Below, piece after piece: positions 17,957 to 30,191 of a stretch of DNA of 64,000 nucleotides. This DNA comes from Acidimicrobiales bacterium (GTDB taxonomy: Bacteria > Actinomycetota > Acidimicrobiia > Acidimicrobiales > JACCXE01): NCBI GenBank assembly GCA_035546775.1, contig DASZWD010000030.1, positions 207,526 through 271,525 on the forward strand. The letters are read 5' to 3'. The first letter of the stretch is position 1. The number at the start of each line of letters is the position of its first letter. Below the pieces are notes generated by a model. It did not search any database. It was not told the origin of the DNA and saw nothing but the letters and a program-made list of their open reading frames with translations. The position numbers and the translations under genes are program-made.

Positions 17957-18859
17957 CTACAGCAGGGAGGCGGCGAGGCCGTCGAGGATGTCGGCGTCGC
18001 TGACGAGGCACTCCTTGAAGCCGAACACGCGCATGACGCACACGAGGATGATGCAGCCGCCCACGATGACGTCGGCGCGGCCGGGGTCGAGACCCGGATT
18101 GAACTTGCGGTCGGCGACCGTCTCGGTGGCGAGCGTACGGAAGACGTCTTCGGCCGCCGCCTTCGTCAGCACGAAGTGGTGGATGCGATCGCGGTCGTAT
18201 TCCTTGAGGCCCTGCTCGACGGCGGCGACGGTCGTGATCGTGCCGGCGAGGCCGACGAGGGTGCGCCCGGCGTCGAGGGTCGGCAGCTGCATGCGCAGGT
18301 CCTCGAGTTGATCGCGCACGTCGCCGACGGCGTTGGACAACTCCTCCGGCGCCGGCGGGTCGCCATGGAGGTACTGCTCGGTCAACCGGACCGAGCCGAT
18401 GTCGAGTGAACGGAATGCCTCGGGCGCGGTGGTACCGAGGATCAACTCGGTCGAACCGCCGCCGATGTCGAGCACGAGAAATGGTCCCTCGCGTGGATCG
18501 AGGTCGGCGGTGGCGCCGCCGAAACTGGTGCGCGCCTCGTCGTCGCCGCTCAAAAGTTCGGGGCGCGTCCCGACGACGCGCGCCGCGGCATCGAAGAACT
18601 CGTCGCGGTTGGTGGCGTCGCGCGCCGCCGAAGTCGCGGCGATGCGGACCTTGTCGACGCCGTGCTGGTCCATCACGCCGCGGAATTCCGCCAGCACGTC
18701 GACGGTCCGGCCGATCGCCTCGGGCGCCAGCGTGCGGGAGCGGTCGACGCCCTGGCCGAGCCGCGTTATGCGCATCAGGCGTGCCAGCGTGCGGGTGCCG
18801 TCGGTCACCAGCAGGCGCGTCGAGTTCGTGCCGCAGTCGATGGCGGCGACCACGCTCAC
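17957..18859 (-). CDS. ppx: Ppx/GppA family phosphatase (exopolyphosphatase)
   Basis: AAIDCGTNSTRLLV, LDIGGGSTE. Start chosen at GTG 18859 (GTGA overlap with the DUF501 stop). The ORF track start at 18877 is also possible. Confidence 0.9.
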   Translation of the reverse strand: MSVVAAIDCGTNSTRLLVTDGTRTLARLMRITRLGQGVDRSRTLAPEAIGRTVDVLAEFRGVMDQHGVDKVRIAATSAARDATNRDEFFDAAARVVGTRPELLSGDDEARTSFGGATADLDPREGPFLVLDIGGGSTELILGTTAPEAFRSLDIGSVRLTEQYLHGDPPAPEELSNAVGDVRDQLEDLRMQLPTLDAGRTLVGLAGTITTVAAVEQGLKEYDRDRIHHFVLTKAAAEDVFRTLATETVADRKFNPGLDPGRADVIVGGCIILVCVMRVFGFKECLVSDADILDGLAASLL

Positions 18860-19293
18860 AGGTGCGCTTCGATCCACGCGCCGACAGGATCCTCACCGCA
18901 CACGAGGTAGTAGGCGTAGTGCGCGTGCAAGCACTTCACGCCTTTACGCGTCCCGCCGACGCCGCCTGATGGCCGCGGCCCCGTGTACGCGGGGTCGATG
19001 AGCGCGTCGCGTTCGCGGGCGTAGGCGGCGTGCGCGCGCTCGAGTGCGCCGATGTCGACTTCGGCCTCGGCTTGGCGCACCCCGCCGCGGCTTTCGAGCT
19101 GGCTCACCTTGCGGGACTCGGCAGCGCCGACCAACCAGTACAGCGTGGGCATCGGCGTTCCGTCGTACAGCAGCGGTGCGTTGCGGATGACGACGGGGGC
19201 GCCGGCCGCGTCGCGCACCACCACTTCGTAGTCACCCGCCGGTTCGCGGCCGAGCAACTCGGCCACGGTGTCGTCGTGGCGGTCGGCGGTCAC
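18856..19293 (-). CDS. DUF501-domain protein
   Basis: Conserved actinobacterial partner of ftsB and ppx. GVKCLHAHYAYYL motif. Start chosen at GTG 19293 (GTGA overlap with the cyclase stop), alternative 19308. Confidence 0.8.
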   Translation of the reverse strand: MTADRHDDTVAELLGREPAGDYEVVVRDAAGAPVVIRNAPLLYDGTPMPTLYWLVGAAESRKVSQLESRGGVRQAEAEVDIGALERAHAAYARERDALIDPAYTGPRPSGGVGGTRKGVKCLHAHYAYYLVCGEDPVGAWIEAHL

Positions 19294-20726
19294 CACGCGA
19301 CTTGGCACACGCGCTGCGGCTCGCTGATCCCCTTCAAGGCGAGTTGCTGCTCGGGCAAGAACTTGAACTCGCCCGACGACGCCACGAGGTCGCGCACGAC
19401 GGAGGTCACGAGCACCTCTCCGCCGCTGGCGGTGTCGGCGAGCCGCGCGGCGATGTTGACCGCGGTGCCGAGGAAGTCGTCGCCGTCAGGCACGGCTTCC
19501 CCCGAGTTGATCCCGATGTTGATGCTGAAGGGCGCTTCGGGGTGGCGCTCCGAGAAGTCCTTCATCGCCTCTTGGATCGCCAACGCGCAGCGCACGCCCT
19601 TTGCGGCAGAAGTGAAGGCGAGCATGAACCCGTCGCCGCGGAACTTGACCTCGTAGCCGCCGCACTCCGCCACTTGGGCGCGCACGATGTCGTTGTGCTC
19701 CTTCACCAGTACCGAGGCGTCGCCGTCACCCAAGCGCTCGATCATCTCGGTCGAGCTTTCGATGTCGGTGAACACGATCGTGACGGTGCCTTCGGGGCGC
19801 CCGTTGCGCTTGAGGCGGCGCCGCACCGCGCCGGCGTCGTCCTCGTTCGTGACGAAGCGATCGGGTCGCGCCGGCCGGGTTGGGCGCGCCGGACGGCCCG
19901 GTGGCGTCCCCATGGACTCCATGCTGTCCTGGATCGTCGTACGGATGATGTCGTGTACTTCGCGGCGCACCTGTTGGCCGACGCTGCGCGCCTCTCGGCT
20001 GCGATCGAGACGTCGGCGCTCGCGGTCGAGTTGGCGCTCGCGTGACTCGAGACGGCGCTGATCGCGGCGTTCCTTTTCCAGTGCCCGTTTGGCGGCGCGG
20101 GCGGCGCGCAACACTGCCGCGGGCTTCTTCGACTTCACGTCGACGCCGCCCATCAGGCAGAAGGCGGTGACGCGCACGCGCGGCGCGCCCGGAATGAGGG
20201 GCACGGGCGCGAGGCGGGCGTCCTTTCCACCCATGATGGCGAGGCCGCCGAGGTCGACGTCGATGCCCTCGGGCACGATGATGCTGATACCGCCCATGAT
20301 CGCCACCGCGGTGATGTGCAGCTCGGGCGAGTCGAATTCGGCTTCGCGCAGGTCGATGTCGACGCCACCCATGATGGCGATGGCGTTCAGCTGATCACCG
20401 ACGCGCCAGCGGCCCTCCTTGTGCGAGCCACTCATGATCGCCGGCATCCAGCGACGGATCTTGCGCCGTGTGGCCTGGCCGACGATCTGCGGCTCCGTCG
20501 TCGGCGACGCCAGGTCCGGCAGGTCGGCGACGATGGCGTCGAGCTCCATCGACGTCGACGCCGCCCACACGTCGCCGGCGCGCTTGGCGAAGTCGTCGAG
20601 GGTCAGCGCGCCCGCGCCGCAGTGCTTGCGCAGTTCGTCGATGACCTTCTCGCGCTGATCGTCGCTGACCGCCGGGAGCGGCCGCGACGGCTTGCGCTGC
20701 GCCGGGAGATTCGGTTCGTCGCTCAT
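19290..20726 (-). CDS. DUF1707 + LiaF-C-like + coiled coil + class III adenylate/guanylate cyclase fusion
   Basis: 478 aa. N-terminal SDDQREKVIDELRKHCGAGALTLDDF (DUF1707-like). Repeated IAIMGG(V/I)xI segments (LiaF C-terminal-like). Arg/Glu-rich helix. Cyclase core IVFTDIESST, VKFRGDGFMLAF, GINSGEAV, GTAVNIAARL. Confidence 0.85.
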   Translation of the reverse strand: MSDEPNLPAQRKPSRPLPAVSDDQREKVIDELRKHCGAGALTLDDFAKRAGDVWAASTSMELDAIVADLPDLASPTTEPQIVGQATRRKIRRWMPAIMSGSHKEGRWRVGDQLNAIAIMGGVDIDLREAEFDSPELHITAVAIMGGISIIVPEGIDVDLGGLAIMGGKDARLAPVPLIPGAPRVRVTAFCLMGGVDVKSKKPAAVLRAARAAKRALEKERRDQRRLESRERQLDRERRRLDRSREARSVGQQVRREVHDIIRTTIQDSMESMGTPPGRPARPTRPARPDRFVTNEDDAGAVRRRLKRNGRPEGTVTIVFTDIESSTEMIERLGDGDASVLVKEHNDIVRAQVAECGGYEVKFRGDGFMLAFTSAAKGVRCALAIQEAMKDFSERHPEAPFSINIGINSGEAVPDGDDFLGTAVNIAARLADTASGGEVLVTSVVRDLVASSGEFKFLPEQQLALKGISEPQRVCQVAW

Positions 20727-20777
20727 CCCAGCGCTCAGTCTGCCTCAGTCAGCGCCGGCGCGGGTGATGAACATTCA

Positions 20778-22447
<1,670 letters not shown>

Positions 22448-22493
22448 TTACTAACGAGGTCCAAGCATTCCGCGACAGCGCGAAACTGGGGCG

Positions 22494-23006
22494 GTGGAGG
22501 ACGTCGAAGGTCTGCGAGGGCGCATCGCCGACGGGACGGCCACGATCACGATCGACGAGTTGCGCGTCGAGGATCTCGACGACATCGGGTGGTCCGGGAG
22601 TCCCACTCGCCTGCGAAACGTGGCCGAACAATTGGCACGGATGCCCTCCGGCGATGTCGAGTACTTCGTGCTGCGCGCCGATGGCACGAGCATCGCCAAG
22701 GCCGGCGTCGACTACACCAAAGAGCGGGGCGCGGCGACGATCTGGCAAGTCGCCACTCGATTCGAATTCGAAGGTCTCGGTCTCGCGACGCGGCTGTTCG
22801 AACACGCGGAGACGCGCGCACAGGCGCGCGGCCTGAGCCGGCTCCGTCTCGGTGTGGAAGTCGAGAACGATCGCGCTCGCAGCCTGTACGAGCATCTCGG
22901 CTTCGTCCCGATCGGCGAGTCGATCGACGAGTGGGAGGCCGAGACGCTCGACGGCGCCGCGTGCCTTTACCGCGCCATCTGCATCGAAATGGCGAAGGAC
23001 TTGTGA
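22494..23006 (+). CDS. GNAT family N-acetyltransferase
   Basis: 170 aa. FEGLGLATRLF acetyl-CoA loop, YEHLGF. Confidence 0.85.
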   Translation: MEDVEGLRGRIADGTATITIDELRVEDLDDIGWSGSPTRLRNVAEQLARMPSGDVEYFVLRADGTSIAKAGVDYTKERGAATIWQVATRFEFEGLGLATRLFEHAETRAQARGLSRLRLGVEVENDRARSLYEHLGFVPIGESIDEWEAETLDGAACLYRAICIEMAKDL

Positions 23007-23010
23007 GTTC

Positions 23011-23029
23011 GCCGCCACTTTTTGGCGGC
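23011..23029. terminator. short stem-loop GCCGCCA-CTTTT-TGGCGGC after the GNAT stop (convergent with mazG)
   Basis: Read directly. 7-bp stem with a weak or no U tract. Confidence 0.3.
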
Positions 23030-23097
23030 CATACCGAGACGATGACAGCAAATGGCGGCCAATTGGCGACACCAAACCTGGGCGTGCTCCCCGCCGG

Positions 23098-24480
23098 CTA
23101 GGCGTCGCGGCGTTTGGCTTCTTGCCAGAGGTCTTCGGAGGTCGGCACGCCGCGATCGTCGGCGATGGCTTTCATAGCGGCGTAGCGGCGGAGGAATTTT
23201 GCCGACGCGGCGCGTAGTGCGGATTCAGGATCGGGTACGCCGGCGTGACGGGCGACGTGCACCGCGCAGAACAACAGGTCGCCGATCTCGTCGGTGACCT
23301 CGGGCGATCCGGGCCCACTCGCCGCCAGCGCGTCGCGGATCTCGGCGATCTCCTCGGCGAGTTTCTCGAGCGGTCCCTCGACGTCGGGCCAGTCGAAGTC
23401 GGCGGCGACGGCGCGCCGGCCGATCTGCGCCGCGTGCGTCAGCGCCGGCTGCGCGCCGTCGACGCCAGCGAACGGATCGCCGCCGGCGTCGCCGCGTTCC
23501 TCGGCCTTCACCTGAGCCCACATCACTTCGACTTCTTCGGGCGTGGTCGCGACGACGTCGCCGAACACGTGCCGGTGGCGACGGATCAACTTCTCGCGGA
23601 TCCCGCGAGCCACGTCGGCGAGGGTGAAGTCGCCCGCCTCCTCAGCTATCGCCGCGTGCAGTACGACTTGGAACAGCACGTCGCCCAGTTCGCCTTCGAT
23701 AGCGTCGACGTCACCGGACGCGATCGCCTCGACGGCTTCGTACGCCTCCTCGAGCATGAAGCGGGTCAGCGACTCGTGCGTCTGCTCGGCGTCCCATGGG
23801 CAGCGCTCGCGCAACACCCGCACGAGGTCGGCGAACAGCGCGAGTTCGTCGGCGGGCAGCACCGCCCACAGCGACGTGAGGTGGTCGGGCACGACGACGC
23901 GGTCGAGGTCGTCCCACGCCACCGTACGCACCGACTCGTCGGGCAAGCCGAGGCGCTGGAGCACGACGACGTCGGGCCCCTCGTCGAGCGACACCTTGAT
24001 GTCGGACAGCACGTGGAGCGAGTCGCACTGCGCGATCAGCGTCGGGCCGCCGGCGCCGACGCGAAAGTCGTGCCCGTTGATCAGGCGCACCTCGTCGGCC
24101 AGCGGGTCGACACCGAGGCGCTCCCACGCCAGGTCGAGGAACGACAGCGCCGGGTGGATGACGACGTCGACGTCGGCACGCGCCCGCAACAGTTCCACCG
24201 TCCGCTCGGCGATCAGCGGCGAACCGGGCACGACGTACAGCGCTTCTCCCTCGCCGAGCGCGGCGTCGACGACGCGCGCCACGATGGCGGCGTAAACGTC
24301 GTCGATTGCCTCCGCACTCTCGTACAGGTCGTCGCAGTACACGACGTCGTCGGGCAGCACGTCGGCCGCCGGGTGACGCCGCGTGCGCACGATCGTGGGC
24401 CGTGCCGCGACGGCGTCGAGCAGACCAGACGGGATCAGCGCGGCGTCGGCGGGCCCGAGGCCCCACACGTCGACGCGCAC
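23098..24480 (-). CDS. mazG: MazG nucleoside triphosphate pyrophosphohydrolase with N-terminal tetrapyrrole-methylase-like domain (YabN-type)
   Basis: 460 aa. Tandem MazG EEAYE / EExxE repeats (MLEEAYEAVEAI, LAEEIAEI). Position after mfd as in mycobacteria. Confidence 0.88.
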   Translation of the reverse strand: MRVDVWGLGPADAALIPSGLLDAVAARPTIVRTRRHPAADVLPDDVVYCDDLYESAEAIDDVYAAIVARVVDAALGEGEALYVVPGSPLIAERTVELLRARADVDVVIHPALSFLDLAWERLGVDPLADEVRLINGHDFRVGAGGPTLIAQCDSLHVLSDIKVSLDEGPDVVVLQRLGLPDESVRTVAWDDLDRVVVPDHLTSLWAVLPADELALFADLVRVLRERCPWDAEQTHESLTRFMLEEAYEAVEAIASGDVDAIEGELGDVLFQVVLHAAIAEEAGDFTLADVARGIREKLIRRHRHVFGDVVATTPEEVEVMWAQVKAEERGDAGGDPFAGVDGAQPALTHAAQIGRRAVAADFDWPDVEGPLEKLAEEIAEIRDALAASGPGSPEVTDEIGDLLFCAVHVARHAGVPDPESALRAASAKFLRRYAAMKAIADDRGVPTSEDLWQEAKRRDA

Positions 24481-24484
24481 GGGG

Positions 24485-25501
24485 TTAGCCGTTCGAGCTG
24501 GCGGCGTCGGGCGTCTTCGGCGGCACGACCTGGCCGGCGGTGCCCGTCTTGTCGTAGGTGCCGTAGCGCGGGTTCACTTCGACCCTCGCCGTCTTGGACG
24601 CGGTGCTGAGGAACTCGTTGAACGGGCCCTGCTGGCTGTCGGTGATGGCCGCCTTGACCTGATCCTTCACCTCGTCGAAGGGCTTGGCCGGATCCCGGCT
24701 GTCGACGCGGATGATGTGGTAGCCGAACTGGCTCTTGACCGGCTGACCGATGACGCCGATCCTCTGCGTGCGCACCGCGTTTTTGAACTCAGGCACGTAG
24801 TTCGACGGCGCGGCGCAGCCGAGGTCGCCGTTGTTGGCGGCCGAGCCGGTGTCCTTCGACTTCGACTTGGCCAGCTGCTCGAAGGTGGCGTTCTTGTCCT
24901 TGGCCGAGGCGATCTGCTTCTCGATAGCGTCGGCCTGCGCTTTGGTGTCGACGAGAATGTGGTGGGCGCACACGTTCTCGAACGTGTCGAGATGCGACGC
25001 GTAGTACGCCCGCAGGTTCTTGTCGCTCGTGTTGGCCATGTTGTTCTGGAGCACGAGCACCTCGGCGTTCGTGTGCACGAGTTCGTTCTGGTAGCTCTTG
25101 GGGAACTTGGCGAAGGTGGCGGCGTCGCCCACTGACGACACGACTTCCTGGCGCGCCAGGTCCTCGTCGTGCGACGAGACGTGGAGGTGACGGCGGTTGA
25201 ATTCCTGATGGACGATCTCGAAATAGATGCGCCGGGTGAGGATGCGGGCGACGAAGGACTGGCTCACGGTGCTGTCGCCCGTCCCGCTGACCTGCAACTG
25301 GCCCTGGCTGCTCTGCTCGATCGCTTGTACGTACGTCTTGTTGCCCTGGATGGCGTTGATCTCGTTGTCCAGGCCGTCCTTGGACACGATGATCCCGTTG
25401 ACCTTGGCGGCGTAGGGCTCGGCGGACTTGCAGGCAGCGGCGCCCGTCGATGCGACCAGGACGGCGCTGCACGCGGCGAACAGACGAAGAGGTTTTCTCA
25501 C
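24485..25501 (-). CDS. PpiC/parvulin-type peptidyl-prolyl isomerase lipoprotein
   Basis: 338 aa from GTG 25501 (GTGA overlap with the mfd stop). Lipobox STGAAAC. Parvulin core HILV...FGYHIIRV. Confidence 0.85.
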   Translation of the reverse strand: MRKPLRLFAACSAVLVASTGAAACKSAEPYAAKVNGIIVSKDGLDNEINAIQGNKTYVQAIEQSSQGQLQVSGTGDSTVSQSFVARILTRRIYFEIVHQEFNRRHLHVSSHDEDLARQEVVSSVGDAATFAKFPKSYQNELVHTNAEVLVLQNNMANTSDKNLRAYYASHLDTFENVCAHHILVDTKAQADAIEKQIASAKDKNATFEQLAKSKSKDTGSAANNGDLGCAAPSNYVPEFKNAVRTQRIGVIGQPVKSQFGYHIIRVDSRDPAKPFDEVKDQVKAAITDSQQGPFNEFLSTASKTARVEVNPRYGTYDKTGTAGQVVPPKTPDAASSNG

Positions 25502-28500
25502 GGTGCCGCCGAGCCTACCGAAGCCCCCTCGGTGAGAGGAATCAACTCGTCGAGCAGGTCGAGCAGGAACTGGGTCGAGTCCGTCTTGGGCGGCACCGGC
25601 ACGACGAGCTGGCGCAGGTCGGCCTTGTGCACCGCCTTGGGGTACAGCCGCTGGAGCCGCACCTGCTTGCTCGCCGGCAGGTCGACCGGGCTGATGCGGG
25701 CGACGCTCTTGGCGACGGTCAGCTCGCGGATGCCGCGCCGCGCGCACGCGCCGCGGAGGCGTCCGATGGCCAGCAGCGCTTCGGCCGGCTTGGGCGGCGG
25801 GCCGTAGCGGTCGTTCCATTCCGTCGCGATGTCGTCGACGTCGCCCGGCGTCTTGACCTCGGCGAGGCGGCGGTAGGCCTCGAGCCGCAGGTCTTCGCGG
25901 GCGACGTAGTCACGCGGCAGGTGGGCGTTGGCGTCGAGGTCGAGCTTGATCTCGGCGGGCTCGCGGATCTCCTCGCCCTTCAGTTCGGCAACTGCCTCCG
26001 TGACCATCTGCATGTAGAGGTCGTAACCGACGGCCGCGATGTGGCCTGACTGGTTCTCGCCCAGCAGGTTGCCCACGCCGCGGATCTCGAGGTCGCGCAT
26101 GGCGATCTTGAAGCCCGAACCCAATTCGGTGTGCTCGCCAATGGTGCGCAGCCGTTCGTAGGCCGTCTCGCTCAGCGCGCGATCGGCGGGGAAGAACAGG
26201 TAGGCGTAGGCCCGCAGCCCGCTGCGCCCGACGCGGCCGCGGATCTGGTGCAGCTGGCCGAGGCCGAGCATGTCGGCGCGGTCGACCACCAGCGTGTTCA
26301 CCTGGGGCATGTCGATGCCCGACTCGATGATCGTCGTACACACAAGCACGTCGAACTCACCGTTGACGAAGTCGATGACGACCTTTTCCAGCGAGCCTTC
26401 GTCCATCTGCCCGTGGGCGATGGCGACGCGGGCCTCGGGCACGAGCTGGCGCAGGTCGCGCGCCTTGGCTTCGATGTCGGCGACGCGGTTGTGCACGTAG
26501 AAGACCTGGCCCTCACGCAGCAACTCGCGCCGGATCGCTTCGGACACGGCCCGCTCGTCGTACTCGCCGACGTAGGTGAGGATCGGCTGCCGATCGGCGG
26601 GCGGCGTCAGCAGGATCGACAGGTCGCGGATGCCGGTGAGGCTCATCTCGAGCGTGCGCGGGATCGGCGTGGCCGACAGGGTCAGCACGTCGACGTCGTA
26701 CTTGAGCTTCTTGATCGCTTCCTTGTGCTGCACGCCGAAGCGCTGCTCCTCGTCGACGATGAGCAGGCCGAGGTTCTTGAATGCGATGTCGCCGCTGAGC
26801 AGCCGGTGCGTGCCGATCACGATGTCGACGTCGCCGTCGCGCACGCCGTCGGCCACCTTCTTCGCCTGACCCGGGGTCAAGAAGCGCGACAGCGTCTCGA
26901 CCCGCACCGGGTAGCCGGCGAGGCGCTGCGTGAAGGTCTGGCCGTGCTGCTGAGCCAGCAGCGTCGTGGGCACCAGCACGGCCACCTGCTTGCCGTCCTG
27001 CACCGCTTTGAAGGCGGCGCGTAACGCCACCTCGGTCTTGCCGAAGCCGACGTCGCCGCACAGCAGGCGGTCCATCGGCTTGTCCGACTCCATGTCGGCC
27101 TTGACCGCTTCGATGGCGGTCAGCTGATCCGGCGTCTCGATGTAGCCGAACCCTTCCTCGAACTCGCGCTGCCACGTCGAGTCCTCCGGGAATGCGTGGC
27201 CCGCCGAGGTAATGCGGCGCTGGTACAGCACGACGAGTTCCTGGGCGATCTCGCGCACCGCCGCTTTGACCCGCGCCTTGGTCTTGGCGAAGTCCGAGCC
27301 GCCCATACGCGACAGCGTCGGGGTCTCGCCGCCCGAGTACGGCCGCAGCGTGTCGATCTGGTCCGACGGGACGTAGAGCTTGTCGTCGCCGCGGTATTCG
27401 AGCAGCAGGTAGTCGCGCTCGACGCCGCCGATGGTGCGCGTGACCATGCCGGCGTAGCGGGCCACGCCGTGGTGGTGGTGCACGACGAAGCTGCCCGGCG
27501 CCATGTCGTCGAAGAAGCCGGTGGTGGCGCGCGTTGGGCGAGCACGGGCCGTGCGGTGGGCGCGCCGGCGGCCGGTGATGTCGGGCTCGGCCAGCAGCGC
27601 CAGCTTGGAGGCCGGCAGGATCACGCCACGGTCAAGCGAGGTGATCACCACTTCGGGGGCCACAAAGCCTTCGTCGCGCAGGTTCGCCGCGATACGCGTC
27701 GCCGAGCCCTCGCCGTCGGCGGCCACGACGATGCGGAACCCGTCCTTGGTCAACTGCTTGAGGCGCTCGACCAGCCGCGCCGGGTCGCCGACCACCGGGT
27801 CCCACACGTTGGCCTCGACGTGGGGCGTATCGGGATTGTCGGCCGCGGTCGTGATCGACCATACCGGCGCCTTGGTGTGCGCCAGGAGCCGTTCGAAGTC
27901 CACGTGCAACGCGGGGAAGGCCTCGCCTTCCGGGACGTTCCACGTGCGCGCCAGCGATTCGGCCAGGCTCGCCTCCTCGGCGAGGAGGTCGGCGGCGCGG
28001 TCGCGCATGCGTCGCGGGTCGAACAGGAGCACCAGCGCGTCAGCCGGCAGCAGGTCGGCGATCACGTGCTCGCTCGTGGTGAGCCACGGCAGCCACGACT
28101 CCATGCCGTCGAAGGTGTGGCCGTCAGCCAACCGCTCCCACTGGTCGACGGCCCACGGCGCGCTCGTCATCAACGCCGCGGCCTGCGCCCGCACGTCTTC
28201 GGTCGGCAGCACCTCGCGGCAACCGAACACCTCGACGCACTCGAGATCGCTGACCGACCGCTGGTCCGACACGGCGAAGCTCGTCAGGCGGTCGATCTCG
28301 TCGCCCCACAGGTCGACGCGCACCGGCGTGTCCATGGTCGAGGGGAACACGTCGACGATCGAGCCGCGCACCGCCAACTCGCCGCGGTGCTCCACCTGGT
28401 ACTCGCGGCGGTAGCCGAGGGCGACGAGCTGCTCGACGAGTTCGTCGCGGTCGACGGTGTCGCCCTTGGTCAAGATGACGGGGTCCACGTCTTCGACGTG

Positions 28501-28911
28501 GGGGCCGAGGCGCTGCACCAGGGCGCGCACGGGTGCCACCACGGCGCGGGGCGCACGTTCGGGGGCGCGCAGATGCCACATGGTGCGCAGCCGCCGGCCC
28601 ATCGTCTCGACGTTGGGGCTGACGCGCTCGAACGGCAGCGTCTCCCACGCGGGGAAGGTGTCGACGTTCTCGTCGCCCAGGAAGGCGCGCAGGTCATGCG
28701 CGATGTGGGCGGCGTCGTTGGCCGTGGGCGTCGCCACCAGGATTGGGTGACGTTCCGACAGCGACGCCACCGCCGCGACGAACAGCGGGCGCGCCGCTTC
28801 GGGCACGGCGACGTGCGCCGCGCCCGTCCCGAGCAACGACGCAAAGGCCGGCTCGGCGCGCAAGAGCGGTGGGAGCTGCGCCAACGGCGCAACGCCCACT
28901 GAGTTACTCAC
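25498..28911 (-). CDS. mfd: transcription-repair coupling factor Mfd
   Basis: 1137 aa. [12 protein letters not shown] Walker A, DEEQRFG, TPIPRTL, and a TRG-type region. Confidence 0.98.
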   Translation of the reverse strand: MSNSVGVAPLAQLPPLLRAEPAFASLLGTGAAHVAVPEAARPLFVAAVASLSERHPILVATPTANDAAHIAHDLRAFLGDENVDTFPAWETLPFERVSPNVETMGRRLRTMWHLRAPERAPRAVVAPVRALVQRLGPHVEDVDPVILTKGDTVDRDELVEQLVALGYRREYQVEHRGELAVRGSIVDVFPSTMDTPVRVDLWGDEIDRLTSFAVSDQRSVSDLECVEVFGCREVLPTEDVRAQAAALMTSAPWAVDQWERLADGHTFDGMESWLPWLTTSEHVIADLLPADALVLLFDPRRMRDRAADLLAEEASLAESLARTWNVPEGEAFPALHVDFERLLAHTKAPVWSITTAADNPDTPHVEANVWDPVVGDPARLVERLKQLTKDGFRIVVAADGEGSATRIAANLRDEGFVAPEVVITSLDRGVILPASKLALLAEPDITGRRRAHRTARARPTRATTGFFDDMAPGSFVVHHHHGVARYAGMVTRTIGGVERDYLLLEYRGDDKLYVPSDQIDTLRPYSGGETPTLSRMGGSDFAKTKARVKAAVREIAQELVVLYQRRITSAGHAFPEDSTWQREFEEGFGYIETPDQLTAIEAVKADMESDKPMDRLLCGDVGFGKTEVALRAAFKAVQDGKQVAVLVPTTLLAQQHGQTFTQRLAGYPVRVETLSRFLTPGQAKKVADGVRDGDVDIVIGTHRLLSGDIAFKNLGLLIVDEEQRFGVQHKEAIKKLKYDVDVLTLSATPIPRTLEMSLTGIRDLSILLTPPADRQPILTYVGEYDERAVSEAIRRELLREGQVFYVHNRVADIEAKARDLRQLVPEARVAIAHGQMDEGSLEKVVIDFVNGEFDVLVCTTIIESGIDMPQVNTLVVDRADMLGLGQLHQIRGRVGRSGLRAYAYLFFPADRALSETAYERLRTIGEHTELGSGFKIAMRDLEIRGVGNLLGENQSGHIAAVGYDLYMQMVTEAVAELKGEEIREPAEIKLDLDANAHLPRDYVAREDLRLEAYRRLAEVKTPGDVDDIATEWNDRYGPPPKPAEALLAIGRLRGACARRGIRELTVAKSVARISPVDLPASKQVRLQRLYPKAVHKADLRQLVVPVPPKTDSTQFLLDLLDELIPLTEGASVGSAAP

Positions 28912-29485
28912 TCTTGGTGTTATAGACGTTCATCGCGGGGCCGATTCCCCGGGTGATGATCGTCTCGACGGCGTCGGCGGCTTCTTCGATGGTGACGCCG
29001 AGCAGTTCGGCTTCCTTCTTCGTCGGCCGGTTGAGGACGTGATTGGCGCCGTGGGCCTTGCCCGGCGGCTTGCCGATACCGATGCGGACCCGCAGGAAGG
29101 CGTCGGTCTTGAGGTGCGCCTTGATCGAGCGCAGCCCGTTGTTGCCCGCCAGACCCCCGCCTTCCTTCAGCTTGATGCGACCGACTTCGATGTCGAGCTC
29201 GTCGTGCACGATCACGACGTGGTCGACGGCGACGTCGTGGTACGCGGCGAGCGACTGCACCGCGATGCCGCTGTCGTTCATGTAGGTCTGCGGGAACGCC
29301 AGCACGACGCGGTCCTCGCCCATGCGGATCGACGCGGTGAGCGAGCGGTGCTTGTTGTCGCGCTTGAGCTTCTCGTGGTGGCGCTGCGCCAGCAGCGCGA
29401 CGGCGTCCGCGCCGGCGTTGTGGCGCGTCCGTTCGTAGTCCTTGCCGGGATTGCCGAGACCGACGACCAACCAGGTGGCCGCCAC
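28904..29485 (-). CDS. pth: peptidyl-tRNA hydrolase
   Basis: 193 aa. VGLGNPG, TRHNAG, HDELD, GGHNGL-like GNNGLRS. Confidence 0.96.
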   Translation of the reverse strand: MAATWLVVGLGNPGKDYERTRHNAGADAVALLAQRHHEKLKRDNKHRSLTASIRMGEDRVVLAFPQTYMNDSGIAVQSLAAYHDVAVDHVVIVHDELDIEVGRIKLKEGGGLAGNNGLRSIKAHLKTDAFLRVRIGIGKPPGKAHGANHVLNRPTKKEAELLGVTIEEAADAVETIITRGIGPAMNVYNTKSE

Positions 29486-29488
29486 GGA

Positions 29489-30169
29489 TTACTCCCCTTC
29501 GGAAGCTTCGGCGGGCGCTTCGGCCTCGCCGCTCTCGCCCTCGCCCTCGGCCGCAGCCTCGCCGCCTTCGGCCGCGCCGGCTTCAGCCTCGGCGCCTTCC
29601 TCGCCCGCCTCGACCTGCGCGGCCAGCGCGGCGACGATCACCGTGTCGGGATCGAGATCGCAGGTGACGCCCGCCGGCAGCTTGAGGTCGCTCAAGCGGA
29701 TGGCGTTGCCGATGGTGAGGTCGGTGATGTCGACTTCGATCAGCGCCGGGATGCTCCGCGGGATGGCCGAGATCGTGAGAGCCATGATCTCGAGCTGGAC
29801 GCTGCCGCCCTGGACCGCGACCTCGTGCGCTTCGCCCGTCATCTCCACCGGCACGTCGGCCGTGATCGGCTGGTCGAGGCGCACGATCTGAAAGTCGACG
29901 TGCTGAAGGGTGCCGCGCACCGGGTGGCGCTGGAGCTCACGGGCCAGCGCGGCGTGATGCTCGCCGGCGACGTCGAGGTCGAGCACGGCGTTCAGGCCGT
30001 GGTCGCCCGACAGGGCGTTGCGCAACTCACGGGCGTCGACGTCGACGGCGACCGGATCGTGACCCGTGCCGTACAGCACGCCGGGGATGCGACCTTCCTT
30101 GCGGATTCGGCCGGCACGCGCCGACCCAAGATCAGTGCGAACAGCAAGTGCGAGACGGGTGTCAGCCAT
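29489..30169 (-). CDS. rplY: 50S ribosomal protein L25/general stress protein Ctc with acidic tail
   Basis: Start at the internal ATG (MADTRLAL..RKEGRIPGVLYG). Conserved rplY-pth pairing. Confidence 0.9.
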   Translation of the reverse strand: MADTRLALAVRTDLGSARAGRIRKEGRIPGVLYGTGHDPVAVDVDARELRNALSGDHGLNAVLDLDVAGEHHAALARELQRHPVRGTLQHVDFQIVRLDQPITADVPVEMTGEAHEVAVQGGSVQLEIMALTISAIPRSIPALIEVDITDLTIGNAIRLSDLKLPAGVTCDLDPDTVIVAALAAQVEAGEEGAEAEAGAAEGGEAAAEGEGESGEAEAPAEASEGE

Positions 30170-30191
30170 AGGGCGGAAGATTTTAGCGGAG

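Noticed and set aside
23040-23099. 19-codon ORF MTANGGQLATPNLGVLPAG* between the GNAT gene and mazG
   Set aside because: It is the tail of a long antisense ORF (21344-23101), with no motif and no ribosome-binding site.
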